This document shows, in pieces, positions 35,487 to 45,129 of a DNA stretch of 64,000 bases. Both the position numbers and the translations under genes were made by a program. The notes beneath the pieces were generated by a model. The model saw only the letters and a list, made by a program, of their open reading frames with translations, searched no databases and was not told where the DNA came from. This DNA is from Lichenicola sp. (GTDB lineage: Bacteria > Pseudomonadota > Alphaproteobacteria > Acetobacterales > Acetobacteraceae), in assembly GCA_965198655.1 (NCBI GenBank), contig OZ240668.1, forward strand, positions 3,196,767 through 3,260,766, written 5' to 3'. Position 1 is the stretch's first letter. Each line of letters begins with the position of its first letter.

Positions 35487-36009
35487 ACACGGATCCGCGA
35501 CCGCAACGGCACGCGGCCGGGCCGGCCTCGGGTTCTTGCTGTGCGGGCTGTGCTGCGTCGGCGTGCCGGCGTGGGCGGCGGTGCAGGTGCCGGGGCCGAT
35601 GCAGGTGGGACCGTCCTGGGCGCAGGCCGACGCCGCGCACGCGACGGCGCTGCTCAGCACGGTCATCGTCAACCACGGCGCCCTGGCCGACCGCCTGATC
35701 CGGGTCGAGTGTCCCGGGTCCGGGCACGTGGCGCTGCGCAACGGTACGCTGCACGACGACATCGTCACGCCCACCCCGTCGCAGCAGCGCGAGGCGGAGG
35801 CCACTACCCGCACCCAGAACGGGCTCGACACGCCACCCGCCCTGCACGGGCAGCTCCATCCGGTGACCGCGCTGATCGACCTGACGCAGGCGACGCAGCC
35901 GCTGACCGACGGCGCGCTGCTGCCGTGCACGGTCACCTTCGCCCATAGCGGCGAGCAGATGGTGATCTTCACCGTGGGCGAGCAGCCGACCCCGACCGAC
36001 GAGCCTTGA
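35473..36009 (+). CDS. secreted protein, PCu(A)C/DUF461-like architecture (tentative)
   Basis: Signal-like N-terminus. The layout ...IVNHGALADRLIRVECP...HVALRN...ALIDLTQATQPLTDGALLPCTVTFAHSGEQMVIFTV resembles PCuAC, but the usual His/Met copper ligands are not evident. Confidence 0.35.
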   Translation: MNWNEHGSATATARGRAGLGFLLCGLCCVGVPAWAAVQVPGPMQVGPSWAQADAAHATALLSTVIVNHGALADRLIRVECPGSGHVALRNGTLHDDIVTPTPSQQREAEATTRTQNGLDTPPALHGQLHPVTALIDLTQATQPLTDGALLPCTVTFAHSGEQMVIFTVGEQPTPTDEP

Positions 36010-36030
36010 GGCGCGGCGCCCTTTCCCGCC

Positions 36031-36660
36031 ATGGCTGACGGCACGACGACGAGCGATACGCCGGACGCGGCGCTGGCCAGGCTGGTGGCCGAGGTGCGGG
36101 CCTGCCGGGTCTGCGCGCCGGTGCTGCCGCTGGGGCCGAGGCCGATCCTGCACGTGTCCACCACCGCCCGGCTGCTGATCGCCAGTCAGGCGCCCGGGAC
36201 GAAGGTGCACGAGAAGGGGATCTCGTTCTGGGACGCCTCCGGCGACCGGCTGCGCAACTGGCTCGGGCTGGACAAGGCGGTGTTCTACGACACCAGCCGG
36301 GTGGCGATCCTGCCGATGGGGCTGTGCTATCCTGGCCGGCTGCCACAGGGCGGCGACTGTCCGCCGCGGCCGGAATGCGCGGCGATCTGGCGCGACCGCG
36401 TGCTGTCGCACATGCGCGGGCTCCGGCTGACGCTGCTGATCGGCACCTACGCGCAGAACCACGTGCTCGGCCCCGGGCTGATGACCGAACGGGTGCGCGC
36501 CTTCCGCGAGCACGTGCCGCGCGGACTGTTCCCGTTGCCGCACCCGTCCTGGCGCACGGGAGTGTGGGAAGCGCGCAACCCGTGGTTCCAGGAGATCGTG
36601 CTGCCTGCGCTGAAGGCAGAGGTGGCATGCGCCCTCGACATGAAGGAGTGTGGAAGTTAG
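36031..36660 (+). CDS. uracil-DNA glycosylase superfamily protein
   Basis: CRVCAPVLPLGPRPIL...LLIASQAPGTKVHEKGISFWDASGDRLRNWLG...HPSWR pattern of UDG-like proteins. Confidence 0.65.
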   Translation: MADGTTTSDTPDAALARLVAEVRACRVCAPVLPLGPRPILHVSTTARLLIASQAPGTKVHEKGISFWDASGDRLRNWLGLDKAVFYDTSRVAILPMGLCYPGRLPQGGDCPPRPECAAIWRDRVLSHMRGLRLTLLIGTYAQNHVLGPGLMTERVRAFREHVPRGLFPLPHPSWRTGVWEARNPWFQEIVLPALKAEVACALDMKECGS

Positions 36661-36669
36661 GACGGACCA

Positions 36670-38340
36670 GTGTCCATTTCCTGGTTCCACGTCTCCGTTT
36701 TGGCGTTCTGCCTGCTCGCGGTCCCGCACGCGCGGGCGGACCAGGCGGGCTGCGGCAGCGTGATCGTGCCGACCGGCGTCGGACAGGGGCCGCCGGCCGG
36801 GGTCAACTCGCTCAACCCGCTGCTGACCAGCTCGGTCTACGCCCACGAAGTGATCGACCAGTTCCTGCGTCCGCTGGTCTGGATCGACCGGCACGGCCAG
36901 CCCGACTACGAACGCAGCGTCGCTGCTTCGGTCGACACGCCGGACGACGGCGCCACCTTCCTGGTCACCCTGCACGACTGGCGCTGGTCGGACGGGGTGC
37001 CGGTGACGGCGTCCGACCTCGCCTTCACCCTCGGCCTGATCCGGACCATGGGGCCGAGCTACGTGTGGCAGGGCCTGGGCGGCGTGCCGACGCTGATCGC
37101 GTCGAGCCGGATCGTCTCGCCGCACCAGCTCGAGCTGCGCATGGTGCGCAAGGTGAACCCGCGCTGGTTCGTCTCGCTCGGCCTCGGCAACCTGCTGTTC
37201 CCGCTGCCGGAGCACGTGTTCAAGGGCATGAGCCCGGTGGAGCTGCGCCGGCGTCAGAACGACGCCTCCTTGTTCGCGGTCGGCGACGGCCCGTTCCTGC
37301 TCAAGGAGTATGCGGTCGGGCGGCACGTGGTGCTGGTGCCGAACCCGTCCTATGGCGGCCACCACCCGCAGCTCCGTCGCCTGGTGATCGCGTTTCCCAC
37401 CGGCAACACCGCCCTGGAGCAGATGCGGGCCGGTGCGCTCGACATGGCGAGCATCCCCTACCTGCTGTCGCGGTTCGCTACCCGCCTGCCCGGCTTCGGC
37501 GTGGTGAAGCTTACCCCGGTCTTCTCCTACGGCGACGGCTACATCAACTTCCGCTCCAGGACGGCGCCGTTCCTGGCCGACGCGGCGGTGCGTCGGGCGA
37601 TGACCCGCGGCATCGACCAGAAGGAGATCGTGGACCTGATCTATCGCGGCCGGGCCAGCGTCGAGCACGGTCCGGTGCCGCCGTCCATGGCCGACCTTCA
37701 ATCCGATGCCGCCCGCGCCGGCTATCCGGACCTGTCGTTCGATCCCGCCGCCGCGAGCGCGCTGCTCGCCAAGGATGGCTGGACCGCCGGCCCCGACGGG
37801 ATCCTGGTGCGGGACGGGCGGCGGCTCGCCTTTTCGATCCTGACCTCGTCGGAGAACACTGACCGGATCATCCAAGCACAGCTGATCCAGCGCAACCTGC
37901 GCCGCATCGGCATGGACGTCTCGATCCGCACGGTCGGCTTCAACCAGCTTCTGGCGACGCTGGCCGGCAACGGCCACGACTGGGACGTGGTCACCCTGAA
38001 CTGGTCGATCACGACCTATCCCAACGTGCACGACTTCTTCTCCTCTGACGGCAGCCAGAACTACGGCCACTACCTTGATCCGCGCATGGACGCGCTGAAC
38101 CGGGACGTGATGTTCGGCTCCGGCGACGGCCCGCTGCACGCGGTGCAGGACTTCACCGCCGAGCAGGCGCCGCACCTCTACCTCCCGGCCGGCACGCCGG
38201 AGGTGCTGGTGCGGCCGGGGATCGGCCACGTGTCCGACTTCCTCAGCCCGAACGGGATGTGGTCGGGCGAGCTGCTGACGCTGTCCGGCCCGCTCGCCTG
38301 CGGCGGGCAAGCGGGGAACGACTATGTTGCGCGTCGTTAG
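36670..38340 (+). CDS. ABC transporter substrate-binding protein, family 5 (peptide/nickel type)
   Basis: GTG start, signal peptide ...LLAVPHARA, 556 aa with an SBP_bac_5-like sequence (WSDGVPVTASDLAFTL...). Confidence 0.8.
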   Translation: MSISWFHVSVLAFCLLAVPHARADQAGCGSVIVPTGVGQGPPAGVNSLNPLLTSSVYAHEVIDQFLRPLVWIDRHGQPDYERSVAASVDTPDDGATFLVTLHDWRWSDGVPVTASDLAFTLGLIRTMGPSYVWQGLGGVPTLIASSRIVSPHQLELRMVRKVNPRWFVSLGLGNLLFPLPEHVFKGMSPVELRRRQNDASLFAVGDGPFLLKEYAVGRHVVLVPNPSYGGHHPQLRRLVIAFPTGNTALEQMRAGALDMASIPYLLSRFATRLPGFGVVKLTPVFSYGDGYINFRSRTAPFLADAAVRRAMTRGIDQKEIVDLIYRGRASVEHGPVPPSMADLQSDAARAGYPDLSFDPAAASALLAKDGWTAGPDGILVRDGRRLAFSILTSSENTDRIIQAQLIQRNLRRIGMDVSIRTVGFNQLLATLAGNGHDWDVVTLNWSITTYPNVHDFFSSDGSQNYGHYLDPRMDALNRDVMFGSGDGPLHAVQDFTAEQAPHLYLPAGTPEVLVRPGIGHVSDFLSPNGMWSGELLTLSGPLACGGQAGNDYVARR

Positions 38341-39277
38341 GGCCAGGCTCGGCAGCGCCGCGCTGTCGCTGCTGATCCTGACGATGCTGGCCTTCGTGAT
38401 GAGCCACCTGACCCCGGGCGGCCCGGCCTACTCGATCCTGGGCCCGGCGGCGAAGCCGGACACGGTGGCGGCGATCAACCACGAGTTCGGCCTCGACCTG
38501 CCGATCTGGCGGCAATACCTGCGCTGGCTGTGGCAGCTCGGGCACGGGCGGCTGGGCAGCTCCTACCTGTCGAACCAGCCGGTCGGCGCCATGCTGCTGG
38601 CCTACGAGGCCAACACGATCCTGCTGCAGGTGGTGGCCTTCGCCGCCAGCCTGTCCATCGCGTTCGGGCTCGGGCTGCTGCACGGGGTGTTCCACGCGCG
38701 CGCCCTCGGCCGCCTGATCGGCACGGTGGAGCTGGCACTGTTCTCCCTGCCCTCGTTCTTCGTCGGCACCCTGCTGATCCTGTGGGTGTCGATGGGGCTG
38801 GGCTGGCTGCCGGCGGGCGGGCTGGAGGATCTGCGCCTCCCCCACCAGACGCCCGGCTCGATCCTGTCGCACCTGGCGTTGCCGGCGGCCACCATCACCC
38901 TGTTCACGGTGCCGACGCTGTCGCGCTACCTGGCGCAGGGCGTGCACGAGGAGCTCGGCCGCGACTACGTGCGCTCGGCCGCCGCCCGCGGCGCCTCGCC
39001 GTTGCGCATCCTGTTCCGCCACGTGCTGCGCAACGCGCTGCGCCCGGTGGTCACCCTGCTCGGCCTGTCGCTGCCGACCATCTTCGCCGGCGGCATCGTC
39101 ACCGAAACGGTGTTCTCCTATCCAGGCCTCGGCTGGCTGCTGTGGCAGTCGGCGATCGGCCAGGACTATCCCGTCCTGGTCGGCATCGTGCTGGTGATCG
39201 GCGTGCTGACCGTGCTGGGCAACCTGCTGGCCGACCTGGTCAACGGCCTGCTGGACCCTCGGACCCGCTATGTCTAA
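38324..39277 (+). CDS. ABC transporter permease (DppB/OppB-like)
   Basis: MLRVVRARLGSAALSLLILTMLAFVMSHLTPGGPA N-terminus and EELGRDYVRSAAARG EAA-loop. Confidence 0.85.
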   Translation: MLRVVRARLGSAALSLLILTMLAFVMSHLTPGGPAYSILGPAAKPDTVAAINHEFGLDLPIWRQYLRWLWQLGHGRLGSSYLSNQPVGAMLLAYEANTILLQVVAFAASLSIAFGLGLLHGVFHARALGRLIGTVELALFSLPSFFVGTLLILWVSMGLGWLPAGGLEDLRLPHQTPGSILSHLALPAATITLFTVPTLSRYLAQGVHEELGRDYVRSAAARGASPLRILFRHVLRNALRPVVTLLGLSLPTIFAGGIVTETVFSYPGLGWLLWQSAIGQDYPVLVGIVLVIGVLTVLGNLLADLVNGLLDPRTRYV

Positions 39278-40205
39278 GGCCTTTGAACGTGAAGACCCAG
39301 GGGCTTTGCCCCTGGACCCCATGAAGGGCAGAGCCCTTCAAACCCGATTCTTAAAGTTAAGGGGTCTGGGGCCTGCGGCCCCAGCGGGTCCAGGGCAGAG
39401 CCCTGGCCTTGGCGGCAGCCTGCGCGCCGGGACCGTGCTCGCGCTGCTGATCCTGTCGCTGTGCTTCCTGCTGCCGCTGGCCTGGCGCGCCGACCCGTAC
39501 GCGCTCAACCCGTCCTCGCCGCTGTCGCACCCCTGTGCCGCCTACCCGCTCGGCACCGACGAGCTCGGCCGCGACGCCCTGGCGCGGGTGATGGATGCCG
39601 GCCAGGCGACCCTGCTGGTGGCGCTGCCGGCCGCGGTGGTGACCTTTCTCGCCGGACTGCTGTACGGCCTCGCCTCCGGCCTGGGTCCGCGGCTGCTCGA
39701 CGCGGTGATGATGCGCCTGCTCGACGCGGTGCTGGCGCTGCCGGGGCTGGTGGTGCTGATCTTCTTCGCCGCCATCCTGCGGCTGTCGACCGCCTCGCTG
39801 ATCCTGCTGCTCGGGCTGATCTCCTGGCCGCCGCTGGCCCGGCTGGTGCGCAACGAGACGCGGGCGCAGCGCGACCGCGAGTTCGTCCAGGCGGCGATCC
39901 AGATGGGCGGCGGCTTCTTCCACGTCGCCACCACCCACCTGCTGCGGGTGATGGCGCCGGTGCTGGCGGTGAACTTCACCTTCCTGGTCGGCGAGATGAT
40001 CCTGCTGCTGTCCGCGCTGTCGTTCCTGGGCCTGGGCGTGCAGCCGCCGCAGACCAGCTGGGGCGGGCTGCTGGAGAGCGCGCTGCAACTGGTGGCGCTC
40101 GATCCGTGGTGGCTGGTGCTGCCGCCCGGGCTGCTGATCTTCGCCTCCCTGCTCTCGGCCTCGCTGATCGGCCAGGGGCTGCTGGCGCGTCAGGGACGCC
40201 CGTGA
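39270..40205 (+). CDS. ABC transporter permease (DppC/OppC-like); start ambiguous because of the repeat insertion
   Basis: The core from ...VLALLILSLCFLLPLAWRADPY onward is DppC-like, with EAA loop ETRAQRDREFVQAAIQMG. ATG 39270 is coupled to the upstream stop, but codons 3-47 are the repeat. Alternative GTG at 39435. Confidence 0.75.
   Translation: MSKAFEREDPGALPLDPMKGRALQTRFLKLRGLGPAAPAGPGQSPGLGGSLRAGTVLALLILSLCFLLPLAWRADPYALNPSSPLSHPCAAYPLGTDELGRDALARVMDAGQATLLVALPAAVVTFLAGLLYGLASGLGPRLLDAVMMRLLDAVLALPGLVVLIFFAAILRLSTASLILLLGLISWPPLARLVRNETRAQRDREFVQAAIQMGGGFFHVATTHLLRVMAPVLAVNFTFLVGEMILLLSALSFLGLGVQPPQTSWGGLLESALQLVALDPWWLVLPPGLLIFASLLSASLIGQGLLARQGRP
39276..39410 (-). repeat. composite nested-hairpin repeat, copy E, inverted orientation, at the dppB/dppC-like junction
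   Basis: Same core as copy D. It starts within the stop codon of the first permease. 135 nt, stop-free in the downstream permease frame. Confidence 0.8.
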
Positions 40206-42055
40206 CGGACACGGTACTGGCGCTGGACACGCTGTCGGTGCTCCTGCCGACGCAAGGCGGCGGCGGGATGGTGTCCGTGCTGGACCGGCTGGACCTGCAG
40301 GTGCGGGCCGGCGAGATGACCGCGCTGGTGGGGGAAAGCGGCTCGGGCAAGACGATCGCGGCGCTGGCGGCGATGCGCCTGCTGCCGCGCGGCGCCCGCA
40401 CCTCCGGCCAGGTGCGGTTCGAGGGGATCGACCTGCTGGCGCAGGACGAGCCGCGCATGCGTCGCCTGCGCGGCCGCATCGGCATGGTGTTCCAGAACCC
40501 GCTCTCGGCGCTGAACCCGGTCGCCACGGTGGGCGCGCAGGTGGCGGAGGGAGTCCTGCTGCACGGGCACGGCACCCGGGCGCAGGCGCGGCGGCGGGCA
40601 GTCGAGCTGCTGGGCGAGGTCGGAATCCCCGAGCCGGCGCGACGGCTGGGCGACTACCCGCACCAGTTCTCCGGCGGACAGCGGCAGCGGGTGATGATCG
40701 CGGCGGCACTCGCCTGCGACCCACGCGTGCTGATCGCCGACGAGCCCACCACCGGGCTCGACCCGCTGGTGGCGCGGCAGATCCTGGCGCTGCTGGCCCG
40801 GCTGCAGCGCAGCCACCGGCTCGGCGTGCTGTTCATCACCCACGACCTGTCGATCGTGGAAGCGCATGCCGACCGGCTGACGGTGCTGTACGCCGGCCGG
40901 GCGGTGGAATGGGGCGGGGCGTCGCGGTTCTTCTCCCGGCCCCGCCACCCGTACAGCCAGGCGCTGCTCGCCGCGGTGCCCCGGCTCGGCCAGGCGGCGC
41001 TGCGTGGGATCCCGGGCCGGCTGCCGGACCCGTCGGCCCGTCCGCCCGGCTGCCTGTTCGCGCCGCGCTGCCCGCACCGCCGGCCGCCCTGCGACGACGG
41101 CGACCCGCCGGCGGTGGGCGATGCCGAGGACGCGGCGCGCTGCCTTTATCCTCCGCCGCCGCCGCGTCTGGATGCGGACCCGGCACCGCCGGCCCCGGCC
41201 GCCACCGGCGCCGCAGCACCCCTGTTGGTGCTGGAACAGGTGTCGGTGCGCTACCCCGCCGGCTCCGGCCGGCGGATGGCGGCGCCGTCGCTGCAGGACG
41301 TCTCGCTTACCCTGCGCCGTGGCGAATGCCTCGGCGTGGTCGGCGAAAGCGGCTCGGGCAAGTCGACGCTGGGGCGGGCGATCCTGCACATGCTGCGTCA
41401 CGACGGCCGCATCCTGCTCGACGGCCAGCCGGTCGCCGACCTGCCCGGCCCGGAGCGGCGGCGGGCGCGCCGGCGGATCCAACCGGTGTTCCAGGACCCG
41501 CGCGAGTCGCTCAACCCGCGGCTGCGCATCCGCGACGTGCTGGCCGAGCCGCTCCGGCTCGGCGGGGTGTTCGACCGGGTGCGGCTCGACCGCGAGGTGG
41601 CGGCGCTGCTGGCCAAGGTCGGGCTCGACCCGTCTCTGGCCGGGCGCTGGCCCGGGCAGATCTCCGGCGGCCAGGCGCAGCGCGTGGCGGTGGCCCGCGC
41701 GCTGGCGGCGCGTCCGGAGATCATCGTGCTGGACGAGCCCACCTCGGCGCTCGACGTGTCGACCCAGGCGACGGTGCTGACCCTGCTGCGCGACCTGGCC
41801 CGCAGCGAGCACGTCGCCTATGTCGTCATCAGCCACGACCTGGCCGCGGTGAGCTGGCTCGCCGACCGGATCGCGGTGCTCAAGGACGGCCGCATCGTCG
41901 AGATGGCGGACACCGCAACCCTGCTGGCGCGCCCGGTGCACGCCTACAGCGCCGCCCTGATCGCGACCGCCCCCCGCTTGCCTGGCCTGGGCGCACCAAG
42001 CCTGGGCGTGCCGGGTACCGCCGGGCCCGCTACGACGCCGTCACCACCTCCTTGA
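40202..42055 (+). CDS. ABC transporter ATP-binding protein, fused double ATPase (DppD-DppF-like)
   Basis: Two Walker A sites (GESGSGKT, GESGSGKS), two LSGGQ-type signatures (FSGGQRQR, ISGGQAQR), Cys-rich oligopeptide C-terminal motif. GTG 40202 overlaps the permease stop. Confidence 0.85.
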   Translation: MTDTVLALDTLSVLLPTQGGGGMVSVLDRLDLQVRAGEMTALVGESGSGKTIAALAAMRLLPRGARTSGQVRFEGIDLLAQDEPRMRRLRGRIGMVFQNPLSALNPVATVGAQVAEGVLLHGHGTRAQARRRAVELLGEVGIPEPARRLGDYPHQFSGGQRQRVMIAAALACDPRVLIADEPTTGLDPLVARQILALLARLQRSHRLGVLFITHDLSIVEAHADRLTVLYAGRAVEWGGASRFFSRPRHPYSQALLAAVPRLGQAALRGIPGRLPDPSARPPGCLFAPRCPHRRPPCDDGDPPAVGDAEDAARCLYPPPPPRLDADPAPPAPAATGAAAPLLVLEQVSVRYPAGSGRRMAAPSLQDVSLTLRRGECLGVVGESGSGKSTLGRAILHMLRHDGRILLDGQPVADLPGPERRRARRRIQPVFQDPRESLNPRLRIRDVLAEPLRLGGVFDRVRLDREVAALLAKVGLDPSLAGRWPGQISGGQAQRVAVARALAARPEIIVLDEPTSALDVSTQATVLTLLRDLARSEHVAYVVISHDLAAVSWLADRIAVLKDGRIVEMADTATLLARPVHAYSAALIATAPRLPGLGAPSLGVPGTAGPATTPSPPP

Positions 42056-44690
42056 TCCGGCGCGCCAGCAGCTCCATCGGGAACGGCTTGACCAGCACGT
42101 GCATGCCGGGCTCCAGGTGGCCGTGGCTCAGCACCGCGTTCTCGGCGTAGCCGGTGATGAACAGCACCTTCAGCCCCGGACGCAGCGCCCGCGCCGCGTC
42201 CGCCACCTGCCGTCCGTTCATGCCGCCCGGCAAACCCACATCGGTCACCAGCAGGTCGATGTGCCGCTCCGAGCGCAGCACCGCGAGGCCGGCGGCCCCG
42301 TCCTCCGCCTCGATCGCCGTGTAGCCCAGCTCCTCCAGCACGTCGGTCACCAGCATGCGCACGGTGGGCTCGTCGTCGACCACCAGCACGGTCTCGCCCG
42401 GACGTGCCCGCGGCGCCTCCGTCAGCGCGGCCGACACCGCACCCGCCTCGGCTCTGCCCTCGTGCCGCGGCAGGTAGAGACAAACGGTGGTGCCGATCCC
42501 CGGCCTGGAATGGATGCGCGCCTGGCCGCCGGATTGCCGGGTGAAGCCGTAGATCATGGACAAGCCCAGCCCGGTGCCCTGCCCGATCGGCTTGGTGGTG
42601 AAGAACGGGTCGAACGCCTTGGCGATGATGTCGGGGGTCATGCCGACGCCGGTGTCGCTGACGCACAACGAGACGTAGGGCCCGGCGGGCAGCTCGCGTT
42701 CCTGCGCGGCATATCCGTCCAGCTCCACCTGCGCGGTCTCGACCGTCAGCCGTCCGCCGTCCGGCATGGCATCGCGCGCGTTGATGCACAGGTTGAGCAG
42801 CGCGTTCTCGAGCTGGTTGGAATCGACCAGGATGGCGCCGAGGCCTGGCCGGCCTGCCACCGACACGTCGATCGCCGGTCCCACCGTGCGCCGGATCAGC
42901 TCCTCCATGCCGGCGATCAGCCGGTTCACGTCGGTCGCCTTGGGCTCCAGCGTCTGCCGGCGCGAGAACGCCAGCAGCCGGTGCGTCAGCGCTGCCGCCC
43001 GGCCGGCGGCACCCTGGGCCGCGTCGACGTAGCGCGGCGCCTCGTTGAACCGGCCCTGCGCCAGGCGCGTCTTCAGCAGCTCCAGGCTGCCGGCGATGCC
43101 GGTCAGCAGGTTGTTGAAGTCGTGCGCCAGTCCCCCGGTGAGCTGGCCCACCGCTTCCATCTTCTGGCTTTGCCGCAGCGCCGCCTCCGCCTTCATCAGC
43201 GCCTCGGTGCGCACGCTCACCTGACGTTCCAGGTCCGCCGCCAGCAGGCCGAGCGCGTGTTCCGCCCGCCTGCGCTGCACCGCCATGCGGGTGCGGTGCG
43301 CGACCTCGCGGATGAAGGCGACCTCCTCGGGCGGCCAGTCGCGGGCGGTCGCGTGGTTGAGGTAGAACAGCGCGACCAGCCCGTTCTCCTCGGTCAGCGG
43401 CATGTTGACCGCCGCCTGGGCGCTGATCGCCTTGAGCGCGTCCGCATGGCCCGCGGTGCGCGGGTCCGCGTCCGCGTCGGCGAACACCACGGTCTCGCCG
43501 CGCTTCAGGTCCTCGATGTAGGAGCCGAAGTCGCGGAACCGCAGCACCCCGACCAGGCTGCGTATGCCGGGCGCGTTCCAGTCGCGCTCGATGGCGATGG
43601 TTTCCGCCCGCAGGTCGATGGTGCCGTAGCCGGCCCGGCTGACCCCCAGCGCCTGTCCCAGGATCTCGGCCGCCGCGAAGGCCAGCTCGTCCGGGTCGTC
43701 CAGGCTGCGGAAGCGGTCGTCCAGGGCGAGCAGGATCTGGTTGCGCAGCTCCGACCGGCGCCGATCGGTGACGTCGACCGAGGTGCCGGCCAGGCGGATC
43801 GGGGTGCCGTCGGCCGCGAGCAGCACCTGGGCGCGGACCTGCAGCCAGGCCACCCCGCCATCCGCGCGGATAACGCGATGGGTGATGTCGTAGTCGCTGC
43901 CGGTCTCGATGCTGTGCCGCATGGCGGCCTGCATCCCGGGCCAATCCTCGGGATGCGCGGCGGCCCGCAGGTCGTCGTAGGTGAAGTCCAGGGCGGGGTC
44001 GCGGCCAAAGTTCTCGCGCCAGATGCGCGACGTGGTCAGCGTCCGCGTTTGCAGGTCGAGCTCCCAGATGCCGAGCCGGCCGGCCTCGGTGGCGAAGCGG
44101 AGCCGGGCCTCGCCGTTGGCCTGGGCGCGCAGCCGGTCGCTGAGCTCGGCCATCAGCGCGGAGTTGCGGCTTTCCAGCCCGGCCAGGCGCTCGCGCTCGA
44201 GCGTCACGTCCACCTGGCTGGCGAAGAAGTAGGCCAGGGCGCCCGCGACATCGCGCACCGGCGCCAGCAGCAGCCGGTTCCAGAACGGCGTGCCGTCCTT
44301 GCGATGGTTGCGCAGGTCGATCTCGATCGAGGTCGCCGCCCGCACCGCCGCGCGCACGCGCGCCACCGCCTCCCGGTCTGTTTCCGGCCCCTGCAGGAAG
44401 CGGCAGTTGCGGCCCAGGATCTCCTGGCGCTCGTAGCCGGTGAGGCGGCAGAACGCGTCGTTGGCGAACACCATCGGGTTGTCGGGCTGGCGCGGGTCGG
44501 TGATGATCATCGGCATGCGCGTCGCGCGCACCGCCGCCACGAACGGATCCGTGCCGCCGTCGCGCCCGGTCAGCTCGGCGCCGATGCGGGCCAGGTCGGC
44601 GTCGAGCCGGGATTTCTGCCCGTCCCGGTCCGGCACTTCGGGGCCCTGCGCGTCGAGGTTCGGCGCCTCGATGTCGTGGTGGTCGTTCAT
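42030..44690 (-). CDS. LOV-domain hybrid sensor histidine kinase/response regulator (LOV-PAS-GAF-HisKA-HATPase-REC)
   Basis: Canonical LOV flavin-adduct motif GRNCRFLQGPETD. H-box LTGGLAHDFNNLL. N/G boxes NARDAMPDGG, DTGVGM, GTGLGLS. Receiver VLVVDDEP...LLVTDVGLPGGMNG...K. ATG at 44690 (MNDHH). Confidence 0.85.
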   Translation of the reverse strand: MNDHHDIEAPNLDAQGPEVPDRDGQKSRLDADLARIGAELTGRDGGTDPFVAAVRATRMPMIITDPRQPDNPMVFANDAFCRLTGYERQEILGRNCRFLQGPETDREAVARVRAAVRAATSIEIDLRNHRKDGTPFWNRLLLAPVRDVAGALAYFFASQVDVTLERERLAGLESRNSALMAELSDRLRAQANGEARLRFATEAGRLGIWELDLQTRTLTTSRIWRENFGRDPALDFTYDDLRAAAHPEDWPGMQAAMRHSIETGSDYDITHRVIRADGGVAWLQVRAQVLLAADGTPIRLAGTSVDVTDRRRSELRNQILLALDDRFRSLDDPDELAFAAAEILGQALGVSRAGYGTIDLRAETIAIERDWNAPGIRSLVGVLRFRDFGSYIEDLKRGETVVFADADADPRTAGHADALKAISAQAAVNMPLTEENGLVALFYLNHATARDWPPEEVAFIREVAHRTRMAVQRRRAEHALGLLAADLERQVSVRTEALMKAEAALRQSQKMEAVGQLTGGLAHDFNNLLTGIAGSLELLKTRLAQGRFNEAPRYVDAAQGAAGRAAALTHRLLAFSRRQTLEPKATDVNRLIAGMEELIRRTVGPAIDVSVAGRPGLGAILVDSNQLENALLNLCINARDAMPDGGRLTVETAQVELDGYAAQERELPAGPYVSLCVSDTGVGMTPDIIAKAFDPFFTTKPIGQGTGLGLSMIYGFTRQSGGQARIHSRPGIGTTVCLYLPRHEGRAEAGAVSAALTEAPRARPGETVLVVDDEPTVRMLVTDVLEELGYTAIEAEDGAAGLAVLRSERHIDLLVTDVGLPGGMNGRQVADAARALRPGLKVLFITGYAENAVLSHGHLEPGMHVLVKPFPMELLARRIKEVVTAS

Positions 44691-45129
44691 GGGGACGGTT
44701 GGCCAGAACAGCCCGAGCCGCGACCGCGGCATCCGGTTCCGCAGGCCTCAACCTTGAACATCGCGATGGCGCTCGGCACGGCGTTGACGATCATCGCCGG
44801 CAGGATAGCCGGTCCAACCCGTCGTGCAACCGGCCGATGCGTCACCTGCCGGACAGCAGGCCGATCGTCGCGGCGGGCCGGCCGCACGTTGTCGGCCGCA
44901 TCATTGATGGGACGCCAAAACCGGACGCCGACCCGCGAAAAGGCGCGAACCGATACGGTTGCGAACGAATCCGCGTTCCCGTACGACAGCGTGCCTGCCG
45001 CTGCGGCACCGGCACCCCGGCGTGTTGCGGCGGTGCTGGCGGGATGCCAAGCAGGCACCGGCACGGCGGGGATGATCGCGTCCGCATCGCTTCCCCGCAC
45101 CCGCCCGTCCCACCCGAAGGAACCGCGTC

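Noticed and set aside
33855-36164. 769-aa minus-strand ORF. Likewise the 700-aa ORF 61515-63617, the 544-aa ORF 19137-20771 and the 502-aa ORF 29576-31084.
   Set aside because: Only the 3' parts encode recognisable proteins (BI-1/YccA, cytochrome c1, DUF2721 and DinB). The upstream portions are stop-free read-through across neighbouring genes in the wrong frame, so the starts were moved to internal ATG/GTG codons.
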